DNA of 63,983 nt, counting the filler, from an uncultured bacterium (GTDB taxonomy: Bacteria; CAYJRR01): the NCBI GenBank assembly GCA_964372275.1. It is 3 parts of 3 records of this genome, joined end to end, with 100 filler letters (N's around TTAATTAATTAA, not from the genome) between each part and the next. Parts side by side here need not be neighbours in the genome. Positions count along the whole stretch, not along the records: positions 1 to 25,698 come from CAYJRR010000067.1; positions 25,799 to 51,422 come from CAYJRR010000068.1; 1 more part is not named here. One strand, given 5' to 3'. Positions 19,379 to 29,771 of this stretch are shown piece by piece. The position numbers and the translations under genes were made by a program. Positions within the stretch are counted from its first letter, which is position 1. Every line of letters begins with the position of its first letter. The notes below the pieces were generated by a model that saw only the letters and a program-made list of their open reading frames with translations, did no database searches and was not told the DNA's origin.

Positions 19379-20668
19379 ATGGATCGCCGCCTCCCCGCCT
19401 TCGTGCGCGCGCTCCGGATCGCGGGGGTTCGCGCCTCGATCTCGGAGGAGATCGACGCCGGCCTCGCGACCGCATCGCTGGGGATGGCCGACCGCGGCCG
19501 GCTGCATGCCGCGTTGCGCGCGACGCTGGTGAAGGATCGCCGGGACCTGGCCGCCTTCGACCGACTGTTCGCCGCGTTCTTCGACGCCCCGGCCTCCCTT
19601 GCGCCGCTGGGATCCGACGACACGTGGCGGGCGATCGCCGCCGAGGTCGACGGCCGCGCGCGCGAGGTCGCCGAGGCACTCGCCGCCGGCGACGCCGCCC
19701 GCCTGGAGGCGCTGTTCGCGGAGGCGCAGGAGCGGATCGACCTGCCGCTGACCCACCCGTTCCAGAGAGGGCTCCTGACCTACCGGCTCGCGCAGGCGCT
19801 CGGGCTGGACGCCCTTCGCGCCCGGGCGGCGCGCGGCGCGCCGTCGACGCCGGGGATCGCCGCGCTCGAGGCCCAGCTTGCGCGATACGTCGAGCGCGCG
19901 CTGGCGCGGGCGGGGGCGCTGGCCGCCGGCCCCGCGGCGCGCGCCGGACTCCTCGCGCCGTTCGAACCGGGCCCGCTCGAGCAGGAGGCGGCGCGGCGGG
20001 CGGCGGCGATCCTCGCGGAGCGCCTGCGCGGCCAGGCGGCCTTGCGGCGACGCGCGGCGAGGCGTGGACCGATCGACGTGCGCGCCACGATCCGCCGATC
20101 CTGCGGGACCGGCGGCGTTCCCTTCGACCCGCGCCACCGCCGCGTCCGACCGTCGCGCCCGCGGATCGTCGCCCTGTGCGATGTCTCCCCGTCGATGCGG
20201 GCGGCGACGCGGTTCACGCTCCTCTTCCTCCACTCGATCTCGATGGAGGTGGCCCGGGTTCGCTCGTTCCTGTTCGTCGACGGGATCGACGAGGTGACCG
20301 GCCTCTTCCGCGAGCGGAACGTCGCACGCGCGGTCGCGAGGGCGATGGAGGAGGCCGACCTCGACCTGTCGGCGCGCACCGACTACGGAGCCTCGCTCGC
20401 CGATTTCGAACGGCGCCACGGACGCGCGCTCGACCACCGCACAACGGTGATCGTGCTCGGGGACGGCCGGAGCAACTACGGCGATCCGGGGATCGAGACG
20501 ATGCGGCGCATCCGCCGCCGGACCCGCCGCGTGCTGTTCCTCAACCCCGAACCGCGCGCCGCTTGGGGCACCGGCGATTCGGCGATGCTTCGATTCGCGT
20601 CGGTCTGCGACACCGAGGAGTGCCGCCGTCCGGAGGACCTCCTCCGCATCGCCGCCGACTGGCGGTGA
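19379..20668 (+). CDS. VWA-domain protein (CoxE-like)
   Basis: DVSPSM MIDAS-like motif, TDYG, LGDGRSNY, LNPEPRAAWGTGDS; follows MoxR. Confidence 0.9.
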   Translation: MDRRLPAFVRALRIAGVRASISEEIDAGLATASLGMADRGRLHAALRATLVKDRRDLAAFDRLFAAFFDAPASLAPLGSDDTWRAIAAEVDGRAREVAEALAAGDAARLEALFAEAQERIDLPLTHPFQRGLLTYRLAQALGLDALRARAARGAPSTPGIAALEAQLARYVERALARAGALAAGPAARAGLLAPFEPGPLEQEAARRAAAILAERLRGQAALRRRAARRGPIDVRATIRRSCGTGGVPFDPRHRRVRPSRPRIVALCDVSPSMRAATRFTLLFLHSISMEVARVRSFLFVDGIDEVTGLFRERNVARAVARAMEEADLDLSARTDYGASLADFERRHGRALDHRTTVIVLGDGRSNYGDPGIETMRRIRRRTRRVLFLNPEPRAAWGTGDSAMLRFASVCDTEECRRPEDLLRIAADWR

Positions 20669-20677
20669 AAAGACGAC

Positions 20678-20707
20678 GGCGGCCCCCCGTCTACCGGGAG
20701 GGCCGCC
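20678..20707. terminator. Hairpin between convergent genes; probable terminator
   Basis: GGCGGCCCCCCG-TCTAC-CGGGAGGGCCGCC, followed by TTTT on the minus strand. Confidence 0.6.
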
Positions 20708-20732
20708 GCCCAAACGTCGAGGATCGGTTTGA

Positions 20733-21272
20733 TCAGCGCTTGGTGCCGGCCTGCGAAGCCTGGGCCGCCTGGGCGCTCTGAGCGGCGTTCTGCTTCTTCG
20801 CGGTCTTCGCCGTCAGCTTGGAGTTGTTGCCGGCGTGGGAGAGACCCGACACCGCGATGGCGTAGGTGTTGCCGTAGAACTTCCCTTCGATCCAGTCGTT
20901 GCCCTGCGGGTCGACGCTGGGAACGCCGCTGTTCAGGAAGATCGAGACCTTCTTGTCGGCGATCGTCGCGCTGTCGAGGATCCCGCCGACCTGGCTGCGG
21001 CCGACCTCGCCGAGGAGGACCATCTTCTTCGACGGATCGAGGACGAACTTGCCGTCCTGGTAGTCGCCGAACAGGACCACCGGCGCGCCGAGGAACTTCT
21101 GGAGCTGGCGGGTCTTGAGGGCCGACGCGTCGATCGGGACGATCTGGGTGCCGCGCGCGACGCCGATGGCGACGTCGGCCGACTTGGCGAGGGTGCCCTT
21201 GAGGTAGTCGGCGTGGGCCGACACGGAGACGAGCGAGAACGAAGAAATTAGGAGAAGACGGGTGAGCTTCAT
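20733..21272 (-). CDS. Secreted hypothetical protein (possible tandem OB-fold-like domains)
   Basis: GGAGG SD, signal peptide MKLTRLLLISSFSLVSVSAHA|D, strong codon bias. Confidence 0.75.
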   Translation of the reverse strand: MKLTRLLLISSFSLVSVSAHADYLKGTLAKSADVAIGVARGTQIVPIDASALKTRQLQKFLGAPVVLFGDYQDGKFVLDPSKKMVLLGEVGRSQVGGILDSATIADKKVSIFLNSGVPSVDPQGNDWIEGKFYGNTYAIAVSGLSHAGNNSKLTAKTAKKQNAAQSAQAAQASQAGTKR

Positions 21273-21517
21273 GGTTGAGATCCTCCGGCGGTGGGTGCGA
21301 GGCAGTTCGCGACCGCGGCACAAAGCAGGAGACGTGCCGAACGGAAAATCTCCTAACGTCGCGGATCTTCGACCGTACCTCCGCCCCAACGATGTCCCAT
21401 GTCCCGCGCGGCTGGGACACCGACGCCCTGCGTCATGCGCGCATCACCGCGGGAGATCCGTGCCAAGCCGGAATCGGTCCACCCTTCGGTCTTCCTCGGG
21501 GCCAACCGACCCGCTCG

Positions 21518-22867
21518 CTACGTCATCACGATCTTGGCGAGGAACTCTTCGTTGGTGGCGGTCGGCTTGAGCTTCGCCAGCAGCTTCTGCATCGCGTCGA
21601 CCGGCGAGGCCGCGTGCAGGGCGCGCCGCAAGGCATGGACCTTCTCCAGGTCGTCGGGCTTGAGCAGCAGCTCCTCCTTGCGCGTCCCGGACTTGCTGAT
21701 GTCGATGCAGGGATAGACGCGCTTCTCCATCAGATCGCGCGACAGGCAGATCTCCGAGTTCCCGGTCCCCTTGAACTCCTCGAAGATCACCTCGTCCATC
21801 CGGGAGCCGGTGTCGACCAGCGCCGTGGCGATGATCGTCAGCGATCCGCCCCCCTCGACCCGCCGCGCCGCGCCGAAGAACCGCTTCGGCTTCTCCAGCG
21901 CCCGGCTGTCGACCCCGCCGGAGAGCGTCCGGCCCGATCCCTTGGTGGCGTCGTTGTGCGCGCGCGCCAACCGGGTGATCGAGTCGAGCAGGATCACCAC
22001 GTCCTGCCCCAGCTCCACCAGCCGCCGCGCCCGCTCCAGCACCAGCTCGCTCATCCGCACGTGCTGTTCGGCCGGCGCGTCGAAGGTCGACCAGATGACC
22101 TCCCCCTGCTTCGCGCGCTTCATGTCGACCACCTCCTCCGGCCGCTCGCCCACGAGCAGCAGGAAGAGGGTCACCTGCGGATTGTTGGTGACGACGCCGT
22201 GCGCGATGTTCTGCATCAGCACCGTCTTGCCGGCGCGCGCCGGCGCCACGATCAGCGCCCGCTGCCCCTTCCCCAGCGGCGTGATCAGGTCGACGACCCG
22301 CATCGAGAGGTCGGTGTTGACCTCGCCGCCGACCGCCGGTCGAGGCTTGGTCGTCGCCAGCTTCAGAGGGGTGTCCGGATAGACCGACGAGAGGTTCTCG
22401 AAACGGACCCGCTCCACCGCCTCGCGCGGATCCCGGCCGTTGATCGAAACCACCTGCTGCAGCGCCGGCCCGCGCGGCATCCCGCCGCCGCCACCACCCG
22501 GCTGGCCGTGCCCGCCCCCGCCGTGCCCGCCGCGACCGCGCCGCCGCCGCCGCCGCCCGTGGCGATGCTCGCCGCCGTGGGCGGAGAAGTTCTGCTGCGC
22601 GCCCGCCGCGACCGGGACGGAGGACGGCGCCGCCTCGCCGGCCGCGAGCAGACCTTGCACCAGGTCCCCCGGACGGAGGAACGACCGCTGGATCAGTCCG
22701 CCGGGGACGAAGACGTCCCCCGGCGTCGGCAGGTAGTTGTTCGTGGGACGCCGCAGGAACCCCGATCCGTCGGGGCCGATCTCCAACCATCCTTCGGTCT
22801 TGACCGGTTCGGGAACGGGGGCGACGGCAGGGGTGGATCCGACCTGGGACTCGAACTGTTCACTCAT
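21518..22867 (-). CDS. rho: Transcription termination factor Rho (short N-terminus, Arg/Gly/His-rich insertion)
   Basis: GSGFLR, PLGKGQRALIVAPARAGKT, ERPEEV, LDSITRLARA, DEVIFEEFKGTGN, SGTRKEELL. Confidence 0.97.
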   Translation of the reverse strand: MSEQFESQVGSTPAVAPVPEPVKTEGWLEIGPDGSGFLRRPTNNYLPTPGDVFVPGGLIQRSFLRPGDLVQGLLAAGEAAPSSVPVAAGAQQNFSAHGGEHRHGRRRRRRGRGGHGGGGHGQPGGGGGGMPRGPALQQVVSINGRDPREAVERVRFENLSSVYPDTPLKLATTKPRPAVGGEVNTDLSMRVVDLITPLGKGQRALIVAPARAGKTVLMQNIAHGVVTNNPQVTLFLLLVGERPEEVVDMKRAKQGEVIWSTFDAPAEQHVRMSELVLERARRLVELGQDVVILLDSITRLARAHNDATKGSGRTLSGGVDSRALEKPKRFFGAARRVEGGGSLTIIATALVDTGSRMDEVIFEEFKGTGNSEICLSRDLMEKRVYPCIDISKSGTRKEELLLKPDDLEKVHALRRALHAASPVDAMQKLLAKLKPTATNEEFLAKIVMT

Positions 22868-23082
22868 GCGTAATACGGCTTCCTCGTGGTTGATCGCCTT
22901 CCAGGGCAGCGGACCGCCATCGGCCCCCACCGGACCGTCGCTCGAAAAAGCTTCGAGAACCTCGAAGCGCCGGATAGGCCACCCACGGCGCTTGAGGACG
23001 GTCTACTTACACCGCCCCCCTTCGAATCGCAAGGGTTCCGGTGCGCGTTCGCGCTCTCCGGGGGGCCTTTCCCATACCGCGG

Positions 23083-23520
23083 TCACCCCCCCTTCCGCCG
23101 CACCTCGCGCCGCAACGACTCGATCGCCGTCCGGATCTCGAGGGAGACGGCGACCAGGAGGAAGTAGATCCCTTTCGGCGTGTCGAGGAAGAACAACAGC
23201 ATCGCGACGACCGTGCAGATGCAGAAGGCGATCATCACGATGTCGAACTTCCGTGCCGGTTTCACCTCCGCCTCGGCGGCGGTCGTCTCCACCTGCACCG
23301 AGCGGTCGTAGTTCGTGCGGCGCTCCGGGTCCCCCAGGATCTCGTAGGCGCGTCCGACCGCCTTGAACGCGCTCTCGGCGTGGGGGTTCCCCGGGTTCAG
23401 GTCGGGATGGTACTTCCGGGCCAGCGTCTTGTACGCCTTCTTGATCTCCTCCTCGCTCGCTTCCGGAGCGACGCCGAGGACCTCGTAGAGCGTCTGGCGG
23501 GTCTTCCGCGCCTGCGCCAC
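23083..23520 (-). CDS. J-domain membrane protein
   Basis: YEVLGV...[19 protein letters not shown]; two C-terminal TM helices. Confidence 0.9.
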   Translation of the reverse strand: MAQARKTRQTLYEVLGVAPEASEEEIKKAYKTLARKYHPDLNPGNPHAESAFKAVGRAYEILGDPERRTNYDRSVQVETTAAEAEVKPARKFDIVMIAFCICTVVAMLLFFLDTPKGIYFLLVAVSLEIRTAIESLRREVRRKGG

Positions 23521-24681
23521 TTACATCCGCTCCACGATCGTGGCGATCCACTGGCCGAAGCCGATGCACATCGTCACCAGGCCCCGCTTCGCGTCCCGCC
23601 GCTCGAGCTCGTGGAGCAGCGTCGTCACCAGCCGCGCGCCCGACGCCCCCAGCGGGTGCCCGAGCGCGATCGCGCCGCCGTTCACGTTCACCTTCGCCAG
23701 GTCGGCGCCGGTCTCCCTCTGCCAGGCGAGAACTACCGACGCGAACGCCTCGTTGATCTCGATCAGGTCGACGTCGGCGAGCGAAACGCCGGCGCGCGCA
23801 AGCACCTTCTTCGTGGCCGGGATCGGCGCCGTCAGCATGATCGTCGGATCGACGCCGGCCAGCGCCATGGTGGTGATCTTGGCCCTGGCCTTGAGGCCCA
23901 GGCGTTTGGCCTTCTCCGGACTGGCGATCAGCACCGCCGCCGCGCCGTCGCTGATCTGGCTGGAGTTCCCCGCGCTCACCACCCCGTCGCCCTTGAACGG
24001 CGTCTTCAAGGTCGCCAACTTCTCCAGGCTGGTGTCGGCGCGCACCCCCTCGTCCTTCGCGAACCTTACCTTCGCCCCCGCCGGATCGACCACCTCGACC
24101 GGCACGATCTCCCGCTCGAAGTGGCCCTCGGCGGCCGCCTTCGCGGCGCGCGCGTGGCTCTCGAGGCTGTAGGCGTCGAGCTCGGCGCGCGAGAGCTTCC
24201 AGCGGTCGGCGATCATCTCCGCCGAGATCCCCTGGGTGACGATCTCGAACCGTTTCGCGAGACCGGTCGGTAGCGGCTTGAACTCGGTCCCCAGCGCCAT
24301 GTCCGAGCCCATCGGGACCCGGCTCATGCTCTCGACGCCGGCGCCGACCACCAGGTCGTGCACCCCGGCCATCACCCCTTGCGCGGCGAAGTTCACCGCC
24401 TGCTGGCTCGAACCGCACATGCGGTTGACGCTCGTCCCGGTCACCTCGACCGGCCAACCGGCGAGGAGCGCCGCGGTGCGGGCGATGTTCAACCCCTGCT
24501 CCCCGACCTGGGTCACGCAGCCGGCGATGACGTCGTCGATCTCCTCGGGATCGACGCCGGTCCGATCGGCCAGCGCGGAGAGCGTCTTCGCCAGGAGCTC
24601 GTCGGGCCGCGTCGCCGACAACGTGCCGTTTCTCTTCCCGATCGCGGTCCGAACGCTGCCGACGATCCACGCTTCCGTCAT
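23521..24681 (-). CDS. Thiolase (acetyl-CoA C-acyltransferase)
   Basis: NRMCGSS, NEAF, GGAIALGHPLG, MCIGFG. Confidence 0.96.
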   Translation of the reverse strand: MTEAWIVGSVRTAIGKRNGTLSATRPDELLAKTLSALADRTGVDPEEIDDVIAGCVTQVGEQGLNIARTAALLAGWPVEVTGTSVNRMCGSSQQAVNFAAQGVMAGVHDLVVGAGVESMSRVPMGSDMALGTEFKPLPTGLAKRFEIVTQGISAEMIADRWKLSRAELDAYSLESHARAAKAAAEGHFEREIVPVEVVDPAGAKVRFAKDEGVRADTSLEKLATLKTPFKGDGVVSAGNSSQISDGAAAVLIASPEKAKRLGLKARAKITTMALAGVDPTIMLTAPIPATKKVLARAGVSLADVDLIEINEAFASVVLAWQRETGADLAKVNVNGGAIALGHPLGASGARLVTTLLHELERRDAKRGLVTMCIGFGQWIATIVERM

Positions 24682-24754
24682 GGGTACGCTCCTCTCCTGT
24701 CAGGCGGGACTGGAACGCGCGTTCTATCAGGAGGCGCATGCTACATTCAAGGCG

Positions 24755-25093
24755 ATGGCTCGCTCCGTTTCCGCCTCCGCCACCGCCCTGGCCGCGCTGC
24801 TGCTGCTGCCGGGGTGCCGCGAACCGGCCGAGGCCGACCTCCACGAGCTCGCCGCGCGGCTGTTGGCGGCGACCCCCGACGAGCAACGGGCGGCGGTCGC
24901 GGCCGACGTCGAGGCGCTCGCCCGGCTCGCGCGCGCCGGTCGTTGGAAGGACCCCGAACGGCGCGCCCTGCTCGACCTCCTCCGCTCGGCCGGACGCGAC
25001 GGACGGATCGACGAGGACGAGCGGCTGCTCTTGACCCGCATGGTGCGCGATCGGATCGCCGCCACGCACGACACGGGGGACCGATCCGGATGA
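24755..25093 (+). CDS. Hypothetical lipoprotein
   Basis: Lipobox LLPGC; extended -10 box just upstream. Confidence 0.65.
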   Translation: MARSVSASATALAALLLLPGCREPAEADLHELAARLLAATPDEQRAAVAADVEALARLARAGRWKDPERRALLDLLRSAGRDGRIDEDERLLLTRMVRDRIAATHDTGDRSG

Positions 25094-25698
25094 AACGCGT
25101 CGCAGCGGCAGCGGCGACCTTCCTGCTCGTCGCGGCGTCGGCACCCGCCGCCGAGGGCCCGACCGACGACCCGATGGCCCGGGTCCCTCCATCCCTCCGC
25201 GTCGACCCGGCGGGAAAGCCGCTCACCGCGGAGCAGATCGCCCGGCTGGAGAAGGGGGAGGTGCTGACCGGACTGGTCGACGTGCCGGGAAATCCGGTGA
25301 AGCGCGGGATCGGGATCGGCATCGTCGACAGCCCGCCCGCGGCGGTTTTCGCGACCGTCGGCGACTACGAGCACTTCCCCGACTTCATGCCCTACGTCGC
25401 CCGGACGACGGTCGATGCGCGCGAAGGGAACCAGACGACGGTCAGCTACTGGCTCGAGTTCCCCCTGGGGGTCGGCAACCGGAACTACCAACTTGCGCTC
25501 GTGGACGGCCCGCGCACCGTCGACGGCCTCGAGATCTTCGCCTCCGACTGGACCTACACCGGCAAGGGGAACATCACCGACACCTCCGGCTCGTGGGAGA
25601 TCTGCCCCTACGGCGCGAACCGCTCCCTCGTGCGCTACGTCGTCTTCACCGACCCCGGCGGCCGGATCCCGAACTGGGTCAAGAACCGCGCCGCCGCC
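25090..25698 (+). CDS. Secreted SRPBCC/START-family protein (truncated at scaffold end)
   Basis: DYEHFPDFMPY, GSWEI, DPGGRIPNWV. Confidence 0.8.
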
Positions 25699-25798
25699 NN
25701 NNNNNNNNNNNNNNNNNNNNNNNNNNNNNNNNNNNNNNNNNNTTAATTAATTAANNNNNNNNNNNNNNNNNNNNNNNNNNNNNNNNNNNNNNNNNNNN
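25699..25798. other. Artificial scaffold linker
   Basis: N44-TTAATTAATTAA-N44 (stops in all frames). Confidence 0.97.
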
Positions 25799-26872
<1,074 letters not shown>

Positions 26873-26884
26873 GAGGAGCGAGCG

Positions 26885-27511
26885 ATGTCGACCCACACCG
26901 TGACCCGTTTCAAGGCCGTCGCCGTCCCGTCGCGGATCCTCCTCCATCCGGCCGAGCTGCCGCGGCTCGGCGGGAACCAGCTTCGCCAGGGGACCGACTC
27001 CGCCACCTCGATGCGTCGCACCACCACCAGCGGACAGACCTGGCGGTCGGCCGGCGACGTCGCGCAAGTGATCGACCCGGCGGAGCTGCGCATCGACGAG
27101 CTGATCGCCACCGAGCCGACGCTCTCGTCGGTCCTCGCCATGCGCGAGGACGGCGTGATGCTGCTCTCGGGGATGGACGAGGCGACCGCCGGACTGCTCT
27201 GCCATCTGGCGAAGACGCTGAAGACCACGTTCATGGTCGCGCCGATCCCCGCCGGCGCCGACACCAGCGTGGCGCTGCTGCGCAAGACCCGCGAGGAGCT
27301 GATCGGCGGCATGAAGAAGGGGGCCTTCCGCGACTCCTACCACTGGACGAACGTGGCCCACGTCAACGAGGCGGCCGACGTGGTGAAGCGCTTCAAGATC
27401 AAGACCGGCGAGATCAAGCCCGACGCCGACAAGAAGGCCGACGCCAAGGAGAAGAAGAAGGCCGCGGTGCAGGCCAAGGCCCAGGAGAGCGCCGCCGGAG
27501 CCGCCGAGTGA
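26885..27511 (+). CDS. Hypothetical protein with Lys/Ala-rich tail
   Basis: GAGGAG SD, strong codon bias, overlaps next gene (GTGA). Confidence 0.8.
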   Translation: MSTHTVTRFKAVAVPSRILLHPAELPRLGGNQLRQGTDSATSMRRTTTSGQTWRSAGDVAQVIDPAELRIDELIATEPTLSSVLAMREDGVMLLSGMDEATAGLLCHLAKTLKTTFMVAPIPAGADTSVALLRKTREELIGGMKKGAFRDSYHWTNVAHVNEAADVVKRFKIKTGEIKPDADKKADAKEKKKAAVQAKAQESAAGAAE

Positions 27512-27975
27512 CCGGCGGCGGCCCGCCGTCCGCCGCCGGCACCGGCGTGGCCGCCATCGCCGCCGGCGGAGTCACGGGTCTCGACCACATCGGCATCGCC
27601 GTCGACGATCTCGACGCGGCGGTGGCGATGTATCGCGATGCGATGGGGCTCGCCCCGTCGGGGTTCGACGAGGCCGACCGGAGCAAGATCGCCTTCCTCC
27701 CGGTCGGCGACACCCGCCTCGAGCTTCTCCAAGGGCTCGACCCGGAGTCGCCGATCTCGAAGTTCGTCGCCAAGCGCGGCCCCGGGATCCACCACCTCTG
27801 CTTCCGCGTCGCCGACATCCACGCCGCCTTCGCCCGGATGAAGGCGGCCGGGATGCAGATCCTCGACGCGGCTCCGCGCCCCGGCGCGCACGGCTGCACC
27901 GTCTTCTTCGTGCACCCCAAGTCGGCGGGGGGCGTGCTCGTCGAGTTCAGTCAGCCGCCGGCGTCGCACGCCTGA
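27508..27975 (+). CDS. mce: Methylmalonyl-CoA epimerase
   Basis: LDHIGIAV, LELL, GPGIHHLCF, FVHPKSAGGVLVE. Confidence 0.92.
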   Translation: MTGGGPPSAAGTGVAAIAAGGVTGLDHIGIAVDDLDAAVAMYRDAMGLAPSGFDEADRSKIAFLPVGDTRLELLQGLDPESPISKFVAKRGPGIHHLCFRVADIHAAFARMKAAGMQILDAAPRPGAHGCTVFFVHPKSAGGVLVEFSQPPASHA

Positions 27976-27981
27976 CGTCGC

Positions 27982-29040
27982 TCACGACCGCGGGGCCGTC
28001 CCCAGCAACGCGAGCAGAGCCACCGGATCCTCGACGGAGACCAGCAACGGCACGTCCTCGTAGGTCCGTTTTTCGGGCCAGAGGGACGGCCGCCAGGCGA
28101 CCAGTCGCGGCACGCGGATCTCCACCGTGCGGATCGGATCGCTCACGAACGCATGGCGGAAGGCCCGTGGCACGACGTCGAGTCCCCACGCGCCCGGCGA
28201 CCAGACCAACGGACCGACCCTGATCCGGACGGCGCGGAACCCGCTCATCGATTGAGGTTCGGGAACCGTCGCCGGATCGGCGAGGCGCCCCGATAGGCCT
28301 GCGAGGGGGATGCTGCAGTAGCCCAGGAGCTTCCCTCGGTGGGCCGATGCGACGAGCTCTCCGGGACTCGGGGTGACGAAGACGGAAAAGACTCCGGTAG
28401 CCGAGGTGCGGATCTCGACGGTCTCGCCCACGACTCGGAGGGAAACGGCGCCGCCCCCCGACGGGAACGGGACCTCGGACCGGAGGCGAACGGGGCCGGT
28501 TGGCTGGGGGGAGGCGCGCGGTGGCGGAACGGACGGAGTGGGCGCCGCCGGCAACGGGGGAAAGGGAGGCGGACCGAACGCGCGGAGGAGGTGCGTCGCG
28601 GGCGCGGCGAGCAGCAACGAGACGGCGAGGCTCCCGGCGAGGGAGATCGCGCTGAAGAAGGGCAGGATCAGGATTCCGAAGTTTCCGCTCCCATCGAACG
28701 GATGTGGGCCCGGGAGGAGCCCGCCGACCACGGACATCCAAAGACAGGCCATGATCGAAAAGGCGATGGCCGAGCCCAACCCGACCGCCGGGAGGAGGAG
28801 CCATGCGCGTCCGCCCTTCCAACGCATGCGAACGTGGAGGTGCGAAGCGTAGAGGATGGCAAGCGCAGGCGCCGCCCAGAGCGCGAAACCGCCCCCGACC
28901 CACACGGCGCCGTAGATCTCTCCCGGTGGGGCCGACGCGCCGCCGGCGCTCAAGAAGACGATCGCGATCACGACCGGGAAGGCCAGCGCCGCGAATGCGA
29001 GATAGCCCAGGATCGAGGGGGCGCGCGGGCGCGTGTCCAT
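27982..29040 (-). CDS. Hypothetical membrane protein
   Basis: Four N-terminal hydrophobic helices, Pro linker, soluble C-terminal domain. Confidence 0.65.
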   Translation of the reverse strand: MDTRPRAPSILGYLAFAALAFPVVIAIVFLSAGGASAPPGEIYGAVWVGGGFALWAAPALAILYASHLHVRMRWKGGRAWLLLPAVGLGSAIAFSIMACLWMSVVGGLLPGPHPFDGSGNFGILILPFFSAISLAGSLAVSLLLAAPATHLLRAFGPPPFPPLPAAPTPSVPPPRASPQPTGPVRLRSEVPFPSGGGAVSLRVVGETVEIRTSATGVFSVFVTPSPGELVASAHRGKLLGYCSIPLAGLSGRLADPATVPEPQSMSGFRAVRIRVGPLVWSPGAWGLDVVPRAFRHAFVSDPIRTVEIRVPRLVAWRPSLWPEKRTYEDVPLLVSVEDPVALLALLGTAPRS

Positions 29041-29044
29041 TGCG

Positions 29045-29770
29045 TTACCGACGATCCCTCCTGCCGAGGCCGGCGGCGGCGAGGGCGCGTACGTCGGCGT
29101 CGGGGTCGGCGAGGGCGGCGGCCAGCAGGCCGGCGGGGGCCGCCTGCGCGTCGGCGAGCTCGCGCAGGGCGAAGCGGCGGAAGACCGGATCGACGTGTGC
29201 CGTCGCGGTCTCGCGCAGGAATCCGGGATCGAGCGCCCCGGAGTCCCGCAGCTTCAGGCGCATCGCGGTCACGACCGGACCGGTCCACGTCTCGCGATTC
29301 CGCTCCCAGGACGGCACCAACATCGCCACGCGCGCCTCGGGGGTGGCCGCGTCGAGGATGCGGAAGGCGCACTCCAGGAAGAAGCGGTCGATCTCGTCGG
29401 TCCCCTTCACCGCGTCGAGCAGCGGACCGACCGAACGCAGGCTTCCGATGTCGCGGAGCACGCGCGCCGCGGAGACCGACGACGCCGGTCCGCGCGCGGC
29501 GACGAGCCCCTCCAGGAACTCGAAGTCGGCGTCCGACGGGCTGTCGAGGTTCACCGTCGGCTCCTTCGGCGCGTCCGATCCGAAGCGCATCCCGAGGGAC
29601 TGCAATCGGTCGACCGTCGCCCGGTCGACGGCGCGCGCCCCCTCGAGCAACGCCCGGATCCGCGGCGGGGCGCGATCCCCGAAGCCGGTGCGCCAGGCGT
29701 GCAACGCGCCGAAGGCGACGAGGCCGATCGCCAGTACCATCGGCACCACCAGCGTGGCGAAGTTCCTCAC
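29045..29770 (-). CDS. Membrane-anchored HEAT-repeat protein
   Basis: N-terminal TM; LADPDADVRALAAAGLG. Confidence 0.75.
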   Translation of the reverse strand: MRNFATLVVPMVLAIGLVAFGALHAWRTGFGDRAPPRIRALLEGARAVDRATVDRLQSLGMRFGSDAPKEPTVNLDSPSDADFEFLEGLVAARGPASSVSAARVLRDIGSLRSVGPLLDAVKGTDEIDRFFLECAFRILDAATPEARVAMLVPSWERNRETWTGPVVTAMRLKLRDSGALDPGFLRETATAHVDPVFRRFALRELADAQAAPAGLLAAALADPDADVRALAAAGLGRRDRR

Positions 29771-29771
29771 G

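Noticed and set aside
25699..25798. TTAATTAATTAA palindrome within Ns (also 51423-51522)
   Set aside because: Artificial contig linker. Gene adjacency across it (SRPBCC-asnS, higA-tuf) has no biological meaning.
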